5,138 nucleotides of DNA, taken from Paraspadella gotoi (Eukaryota; Animalia; Chaetognatha). This document shows, piece after piece, positions 1 to 5,138 of this stretch. The DNA lies in assembly GCA_051294375.1 (NCBI GenBank), contig JBJCIZ010001216.1, positions 1-5,138 of the forward strand. Direction: 5' to 3'. The notes beneath the pieces were generated by a model. That model saw only the letters and a list, made by a program, of their open reading frames with translations. It had not been told where the DNA came from and did no database searches. Within the stretch, counting starts at the first letter, position 1. Each line of letters begins with the position of its first letter. The translations under genes were made by a program, and so were the position numbers.

Positions 1-288
1 GTGGGCGTGGAGTTTGTGGAGAGGTAGGGGAAGAGGCGGACTCTGGCCGGGTCAGGCGGAATGGTGGGGTGGACGCAATGTTTGGGCAGGGGGATGTCGT
101 CTTAGGCTCCTCTAGAGTCGACGCCTTCATTGGTTGGTTTGGACGAGGCGCTGGTCGGAGAGGGTGGAACCGGAAGTCATTGCTGGTTTGCCGAGAGTCT
201 TGTGGGGGAGGCTTTGGTGGTTCGTTTTGGGGAGGGGACGGGGGTAACAATATTCGGAGGGAAGGAGAAGCACGCTTCTTATAATCAT
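1..288 (-). CDS. Candidate coding exon of an unidentified gene, Pro/Ser-rich low-complexity region, runs off the window edge
   Basis: The minus strand has an acceptor TTTTAG (294-289) at a sharp AT-to-GC transition. A stop-free phase-1 frame follows: DYKKRASPSLRILLPPSPPQNEPPKPPPQDSRQTSNDFRFHPLRPAPRPNQPMKASTLEEPKTTSPCPNIASTPPFRLTRPESASSPTSPQTPRP. No domain recognised. Confidence 0.6.
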
Positions 289-432
289 CTAAAATTTTTT
301 TCTGTATTTTTTTTTCATAGAAAATCAAACTATAATTGGGTCTGGACAAAAAGGTAGTTTCATAAAAAAACAAAAATCAACCCAGTTTCTTTAAAATATT
401 CAACAAGAGAAGAAGAGAGAAAAAAAATGTTG

Positions 433-670
433 AAACTAACAATTAACCATACTGTAAAACTAACAATTAAAACACACTACGAGATGATGAGCCATACAAT
501 CTAAATATGAAACTAGAAACGTTTCAATGATAATTCAATTTTTTTTTTTAGATTTCAAAATTTGAAACTTAACGGGAAAATATGGCAAAAAAATGTAGTC
601 ACAAGCAAAGATCATACTGTGAAAATAACCAATAAAACTAAAAGATGATGAAACGCTCAATGAAATCAAA
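433..670 (+). repeat. Degenerate short direct repeats in AT-rich, probably intronic DNA
   Basis: AAACTAACAATTAA occurs at 433-446 and 457-470. The block CATACTGT..AAA..TAAC..AGATGATGA..GAAACG.TCAATGA occurs at ~448-535 and again, shortened, at ~613-665. Confidence 0.45.
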
Positions 671-928
671 TAAACGGAGTAAATAGCGTTTCCAAAAAAA
701 AACAAAAAACCAAAAAAAAAAAGGAAATTTAAAAAATATATCTAAATTCGAAATTAAAATTTTCTAATCTGAAATTTAAAATTTTACTTTTTGGAAAATT
801 GTACAGTCAGGTAGCAACGGAAAATCTATGCAATAACACACTCTATCGAACTGTAATTGAAACTAAAAAAAAACAACTGTATTTTGCAAAAACAATAAGT
901 GATCATGAGTTACACAAAAAGGAAAAAC

Positions 929-965
929 GGAGGGGATATAGAAGAGGAGACGATTGTCGTTGGTC
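929..965 (-). CDS. Candidate 37-nt small exon (DQRQSSPLLYPL + 1 nt)
   Basis: Minus-strand acceptor TTTTTTTTATATAG ends at 966. The donor GTTTTT at 928 is weak. Phase 0 in and phase 1 out would join the 2822-2911 exon to the 1-288 exon in frame. Confidence 0.3.
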
Positions 966-1039
966 CTATATAAAAAAAATTAGGGTGGGTTGGGAGGGTT
1001 TGCCGGTTAAGAGAAGTAGAGAATAGTTCTTTCTCTCGC

Positions 1040-1346
1040 TGAGTCACCCAGCATCCAGAATTTTATTGTTGCCAAAGTGTGTCGGGAAAAGTGACCCTAT
1101 TCCCTTACCTTAATCCCCAACCCAGAAATCTAGCCTAACCTAAATTGCTCAACTACCCTAATCCAACCCTAATCCCTAATATCTATCTTAAACTAACTAT
1201 CCTAACCAAAAACCTAAACAACTTAATCCTTTGTTCAATTATCGTCGTCCGCGCATTTGTCAATCCTGGACTATATCATCCAGCCAGAGAGAGTGACGAA
1301 GATTTGCTGGCTCGTTTCAAGGGGCAAGGGGGCAAGGGGGCATCGA
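1040..1346 (+). repeat. Left arm of a diverged inverted repeat containing degenerate CCCTAA/CCTAA telomere-like units (~1095-1228)
   Basis: Collinear reverse-complement anchors to the right arm: ACCCAGCA 1046-1053 / 2591-2598; TCCCTTACCT 1101-1110 / 2529-2538; CTATCCTAAC 1197-1206 / 2470-2479; TTCAATTATCGTCG 1234-1247 / 2436-2449; CATCGA 1341-1346 / 2345-2350. Confidence 0.85.
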
Positions 1347-2344
1347 TGGTTGTGAAAACTGCCTATTAGGCTGAATCCTTTATATAAAAAACTTAAAGAA
1401 GAGGAGACTTATGGCAAGCACAATTTAAAAATTTTATACGTTTATGGCTCGGAAGAGTGAACCAGAGGTCACGCAATCCGGCTGCATTACAAGATTTTTT
1501 ACTTAAAATTTTTCAATTCCTAAAGCTTATTCCTGAGGTTTCCAACTTTAAATTGTCTTATTTTTTTCTTTTTTGGTGATTTTAGGAACTAGGAATTTTG
1601 AAACAGACAACCAAACTTATAGTATTTCGACTTTTAGATGGAAAAAATATAGAACGCTTTTTGGGGAGCAAGGTTTTTTTCTCCTTTAGAAAAATTTTTC
1701 GATGGCCGCCGTGGAGTTTTGTACTGGTTTTAATCATTCATATGAAATTGTTTAAAATCGTTTTTATGCAATGTTTGAATTTTTAAAACGTCAATTATTT
1801 TTCTTTCAATTGGTGTTATAAATTTTTATTGGCATATAGTTTATGTAAAAGTAGCTGGGGCAAACGCAGCGGCACTATCGCGGCCCGGGCGGGGCAAATC
1901 TCGTCGCAATGCTAAGCAGCGCTGCGGAAGTCAAGAAACAGTGCCATAACCAATCTTGGAGACAAAAATACGGCGCCATTTTTGATGACGAAATTTTATT
2001 TAAGATTTTCTTTAGACTCCCCCACCCCCTAATATTTTGTATTGATACTTTGGTCGCAGCCGGGAACCCAATAATGTTAAGAGAGTAAATGTTAATATAA
2101 AAAGTGAGAGAAATGATAATTAATGAGAACATTGCCGTAAAATAGGTATTAACTTCACCTTGTACATACACTACAGGTACAATTAATGTTGTTCGATACT
2201 GCAGAGTTGTAATTGCCAGGCACGGAACACCAGGCGAAAGCACCCGGCGACCAATATTTGACGTTTATACATAATTAATTTTTCTTTCTATCATCGGAAT
2301 GTGGCTCATGGGTGCTTCAATTGAACCTTTCAGCAAAATTGCTC

Positions 2345-2608
2345 TCGATGTCCCCCTGGCCATAATGAGGAAGCGCGATCTCTCTTCGGCTTCTCGTCTC
2401 TTCTTGGCTGAGTGACTAGAAGTTTCAGCGGGGATCGACGATAATTGAAGTTAATTCTTTAGGGTTTTTGTTAGGATAGGGTTAGATTATGGGTTAGGTT
2501 TAGGGGATTAGGGTTAGGGTTTGGGATTAGGTAAGGGATTAGCGGTTGTTTTTCCCTCGGCATTTTTACCCAAACAACCAAAAATTTGGCTGCTGGGTAC
2601 TGACCTCA
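2345..2608 (-). repeat. Right arm of the inverted repeat with degenerate TTAGGG/TTAGG units (~2459-2542)
   Basis: Same anchors as the left arm. TTAGGGTTAGGG at 2508-2519 sits among variants (TTAGG, TTTAGGG, TTTGGG, ATTAGG). A short hairpin CTGACC-TCATTG-GGTCAG lies at the outer end (2600-2617). Confidence 0.85.
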
Positions 2609-2821
2609 TTGGGTCAGGATCAGAGATCGAAAAAACAAGACCATTTAAACGATGGAGGAAGCAGTTGCAACCGGTGAGAGAGATGCACGAAAGGAGTGAT
2701 GGATAAACAACACGGAAGCGAGGAATAAATAGACAATCTTCTTAATGCCATTGTTTTTAGTCGGCTGCTTCAGAGAGCAGTAGCAAGGGGGCATTGTGGA
2801 AAAAAGTACCAGCTTTCTTAC

Positions 2822-2911
2822 CTCACATTTTTTCACATAAAGCTGATGCCAGCGTTTTTTGCATAAGTCTGTTTGAACAAGCAATGGCAATCTTTCAACA
2901 AAAAGTTGAAC
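2822..2911 (-). CDS. Candidate 90-nt coding exon (VQLFVERLPLLVQTDLCKKRWHQLYVKKCE)
   Basis: Strong minus-strand acceptor TTTCTTTTTACAG ending at 2912 and consensus donor GAG|GTAAG at 2821. Length is a multiple of 3 and only the phase-0 frame is stop-free. Confidence 0.6.
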
Positions 2912-3701
2912 CTGTAAAAAGAAAATATTTAAAAATAATTAATAGAAAGAAAAGTAATATTTAAGTGATCAATTGCTATGTAAATATAATTCTCTTTTCC
3001 TTTGTCCATTTCCCTCTCTCCAACCTTGCCGTCATTGTAATCACTTTAGTGTATAATTTTTTTTATTATTTTATTTTTTTCTTCTAAAGGGGGAAAGGAG
3101 AAAACAAAGATTTTTTATTCTGATTAAAAAAAGAAAAGAGAATGTTTTGAATTTTGCTTTGATGCTCTTCATTGTGTGCATTATGAAAAAGGAAAAAAGA
3201 TAAATTAAATATGCCAATCAGCAGTTTAAAATGAAACAGCTTTAGACGGGGCAAAACTTGATTATTTTGAATCTTCGACGTGTAATGAATCAGGAAAAAA
3301 CGATCAAGGGCCAAACACAGAATCAACAAGAGAAGACTTCAAAAAGTTTATATGTAATCTGTAACACGAAGAATGTAACAATTTAAAGGTATCATTTGGA
3401 CCAGCAAAATGAAATGCTCTGTAATGATGCGGATACTATAAGCCCTAGATTCAAAATAACGCACAGGAATCACCGCGGAAGGTACAGATATATAATGGAC
3501 AGAAGCAAAGTGACAGAAAAAGCTCTGTTAAGGTCTAGAGAGATAACAAGCTCGAACAAGTCATCGACAACTCTCAAAATGACAGGTACAAGCAACTCCA
3601 AGCACTCAGAGGAGCCACAGGCCCAAAAAGAAAGTCTAGAGCTCGGTAAAGAATTAGAGCTCCCTGAAATACCATGCATTTTTGAAAGTTCCTGATACCT
3701 G

Positions 3702-3946
3702 TGAAGAGAAGTAATTATTGATATGTGTTAAATGACAGAACCGTTCAATATAAGGCAGTCCCTGAGCTTACGGATTTCGGGAGCGTAACACCATGTTTAC
3801 AGGGGGTTAAGCGCCCCGTTCCCTCTTAACTGCCAGACGACACCGGGCATTAGAACCGCCCGGACCTTTGGGTTGGGAAGGCGAAATGACTTGCCTTCCG
3901 GCACAATGGCGCTGATGAACGGTTGGTGGTTTTAGTCCACCATACA
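3702..3946 (-). repeat. 3' LTR (245 bp)
   Basis: The minus strand starts TGTATGGTGG directly after the PPT and ends CTCTTCA. It aligns end to end with 4130-4363, and the differences are mostly 1-2 nt indels. Confidence 0.9.
3837..3912 (-). promoter_or_regulatory. tRNA-derived segment / putative internal Pol III promoter in the 3' LTR
   Basis: Minus strand reads GCGCCATTGTGCCGGAAGG...TTCGCCTTCCCAACCCAAAGGTCCGGGCGGTTCTAATGCCCGGTGTCGT. It has a variable-loop-like AGGTC and a T-arm-like hairpin with B-box-like GGTTCTAATGCC (3857-3846). Confidence 0.55.
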
Positions 3947-3958
3947 TCCCCCCCTCCC
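3947..3958 (-). other. Polypurine tract (plus-strand primer site)
   Basis: Minus-strand GGGAGGGGGGGA lies immediately 5' of the TG that starts the 3' LTR. Confidence 0.88.
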
Positions 3959-4005
3959 GTAGGAAGATGTCTGTTGCGTCTCTTCAGTGAATTGTTGTTG
4001 TTGGT

Positions 4006-4097
4006 GGAAAGTGCGTCACCAAGTTGAGGCATGTCGCCTGATGTGTTGTGGGGAAAGTGCATCGCTAGGTTGAGGCATGTTGCCTGAAAGTGTTGTT
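4006..4097 (+). repeat. Two-copy 46-bp tandem repeat inside the TRIM
   Basis: GGAAAGTGCGTCACCAAGTTGAGGCATGTCGCCTGA starts at 4006 and GGAAAGTGCATCGCTAGGTTGAGGCATGTTGCCTGA starts at 4052. (TTG)n runs bracket the pair at ~3992-4003 and ~4091-4101. Confidence 0.85.
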
Positions 4098-4110
4098 GTT
4101 GCTGTAGTGT

Positions 4111-4128
4111 TCGGAAGTCGGCTCACCA
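4111..4128 (-). other. Primer-binding site, most similar to tRNA-Trp-type PBS
   Basis: Minus-strand TGGTGAGCCGACTTCCGA begins 1 nt after the LTR-terminal CA. It resembles the eukaryotic tRNA-Trp PBS TGGTGACCCCGAC. The tRNA assignment is an inference. Confidence 0.8.
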
Positions 4129-4129
4129 A

Positions 4130-4363
4130 TGAAGAGACAATGATAATTGTTATGTGTTAGTGACAGAACCGTTCAATATAAGCAGTCCCTGAGCTTCGGA
4201 TCAGGCTGTAACACCTATGTTACAGCGGGTTAAGCGCCCCGTCCCTCTTAACTGCCAGACGACCACCGGCTAGAACCCGGACCTTTGGGTTGGGAGGCGA
4301 ATGAATTGCCTCCGGCACCAATGGCCGCTGATGAACGGTTTGGTGGGTTTTAGTCCACCATAC
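4130..4363 (-). repeat. 5' LTR (~234 bp; terminal T of TG missing)
   Basis: Direct repeat of 3702-3946. The minus strand begins (A)GTATGGTGG rather than TGTATGGTGG and ends GTCTCTTCA before the PBS. Confidence 0.88.
4259..4328 (-). promoter_or_regulatory. tRNA-derived segment / putative internal Pol III promoter in the 5' LTR
   Basis: Minus strand reads GCGGCCATTGGTGCCGGAGGCAATTCATTCGCCTCCCAACCCAAAGGTCCGGGTTCTAGCCGGTGGTCGT (70 nt). It has an acceptor-like stem GCGGCCAT/GTGGTCGT, an A-box-like TGGTGCCGGAGG, TCGCCTCCCA as in tRNA-Gly(CCC), then AGGTC and the T-arm CCGGGTTCTAGCCGG. Confidence 0.6.
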
Positions 4364-5067
4364 TGCAAAGGTTTCTTGTGCCAAATTTCGTGGAGAAAAC
4401 GAATATTACAATAAAAATTTCCCTGAATGCTTTTATGGATTTTTCACGCCAGGTTTTGTGTCGAACCACTTCCGGTTTTAAAAAATCATGATTTGGGAAA
4501 AAATGAGCTGTTATTCAGCGAGCATACTTTAATTAATCAAAATAAAGTTACTACTAACCTTATTACTAAATTTTTGTTGTGGTTTATAAATAAATAAGGT
4601 TAAAAAACTATGATTACGAAATACTTCAAATTAGAAATTATTAGTTTTTTTAAGTCAAATCCTCCCTGACCAAATTTTAATAAGATTTTATAAGAAAGTA
4701 ATGATTGGTTTATACAAATAGAACTCTCTAGGAGGAGTTTTAAATAAGATAGAGCTCACCCTTACCGCCAGAACCTCTCTCTCCCCCGGACCTTCTCTCC
4801 CCCCTCTCAACGCCTCCTCCTTCTCTCGCCGTCCCCTCCTCTTCATCCCCGAGTCACGGAATAGAGTCTTGGAATCGGACTCACTCTCTCAACTTCTCGT
4901 CTCGGGGTCTGCGAACCTTTCCTCTCCTTCTCTCCCTTTTATGTACCCTTGTTCCCTTGTTATAGTTACTTACCTATTACCAATATATTCCTTACCCTCT
5001 TACCTCTTTTCCCTGATGAGAGACTAGTTAAACCTACCTTTAGCTAGTACACATCTTCCCGGCTGCG

Positions 5068-5138
5068 CGCCCAATGGTGGGGCTCGAACCCACGACCCCA
5101 GGATTTAAGAGTCCCTGCTCTTACCCCGACTAACTGGC
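5068..5138 (-). tRNA. tRNA-Lys(CTT) gene or copy, 5' end cut off or garbled at the window edge, several indels
   Basis: Minus strand reads ...AGTCGGGGTAAGAGCAGGGACTCTTAAATCCTGGGGTCGTGGGTTCGAGCCCCACCATTGGGCG. This matches conserved eukaryotic tRNA-Lys-CTT (AGTCGGTAGAGCA..GACTCTTAATC..GGTCGTGGGTTCGAGCCCCACGTTGGGCG). Anticodon CTT is at 5109-5107. Confidence 0.85.

Larger units (their letters stand above)
3702..4363 (-). mobile_element. Non-autonomous miniature LTR retrotransposon (TRIM) with tRNA-like sequence in its LTRs (Helenus/TRIMp3-like)
   Basis: Two direct repeats (3702-3946, 4130-4363) flank a 183-bp non-coding interior. On the minus strand the 5' LTR ends TCTTCA, then 1 nt, then a PBS starting TGG. 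The PPT GGGAGGGGGGGA abuts the 3' LTR, which reads TGTATGG...TCTTCA (TG..CA). Confidence 0.9.

Noticed and set aside
105-122. GGCTCCTCTAGAGTCGAC resembles the pUC polylinker (BamHI-XbaI-SalI)
   Set aside because: The match does not extend on either side and sits inside a continuous open frame, so it is likely chance.
69-357. Plus-strand Gly-rich ORFs (69-284, 130-357)
   Set aside because: They are best explained as antisense shadows of the Pro-rich minus-strand exon and begin at non-ATG codons.
1145-1369. ORF with PNP/LIP repeats, and the GLG-rich ORF at 2521-2706
   Set aside because: They are translations of the telomere-like repeat arms.
2222-2241. GGAACACCAGGCGAAAGC resembles a 16S rRNA motif
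   Set aside because: The match is short and gapped, with no flanking rRNA similarity.
2459-2542. True telomere or chromosome-fusion site
   Set aside because: The units are highly degenerate and embedded in a larger repeat. The polarity is C-rich left and G-rich right with 1.2 kb between, not the head-to-head TTAGGG/CCCTAA junction of a fusion.
3396-3695. 99-aa ORF as a real gene
   Set aside because: It has a non-ATG start and no recognisable motif. At most it is a degraded transposon fragment.
3739-3924. RNase MRP/P-like RNA (AAGCGCC pairing with ACAATGGCGCTGA before a closing stem), telomerase RNA or C/D snoRNA on the + strand
   Set aside because: There is no room for a specificity domain, no CTAACCC-type template and no box C. 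The PBS, PPT and TG..CA termini explain the duplication as LTRs.
3881-3924. Hammerhead ribozyme (CGAAA ... CTGATGA), i.e. a retrozyme
   Set aside because: Stems II and III cannot be formed around the core motifs, GAAA is missing in the second LTR, and the motif is antisense to the element.
4006-4097. CRISPR-like repeat-spacer array
   Set aside because: There are only two imperfect units with ~10-nt linkers, in a eukaryotic retroelement context with no cas genes.
5013-5050. CTGATGAG followed by a hairpin as a hammerhead core
   Set aside because: No GAAA follows the stem, and stems I and III are absent.

Overview
AT-rich eukaryotic (probably invertebrate) genomic DNA. Many 1-nt indels in homopolymers suggest error-prone long-read sequence. 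The main feature is a ~660-bp non-coding LTR element on the minus strand (3702-4363), a TRIM. It has two ~240-bp LTRs, a TGG-initiated primer-binding site, a polypurine tract and a 46-bp internal tandem repeat. Each LTR carries a tRNA-like sequence with Pol III A/B-box-like motifs, which fits a Helenus/TRIMp3-type small-RNA-promoter retroelement. Two diverged ~270-310-bp inverted arms (1040-1346, 2345-2608) carry degenerate CCCTAA/TTAGGG telomere-like tracts in mini-chromosome polarity. Three candidate phase-compatible minus-strand exons (2822-2911, 929-965, 1-288) may belong to one unidentified Pro/Ser-rich protein gene. A 5'-truncated tRNA-Lys(CTT) lies at the right edge, with no nearby Pol III terminator. 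None of the listed ORFs resembles a protein family I recognise.
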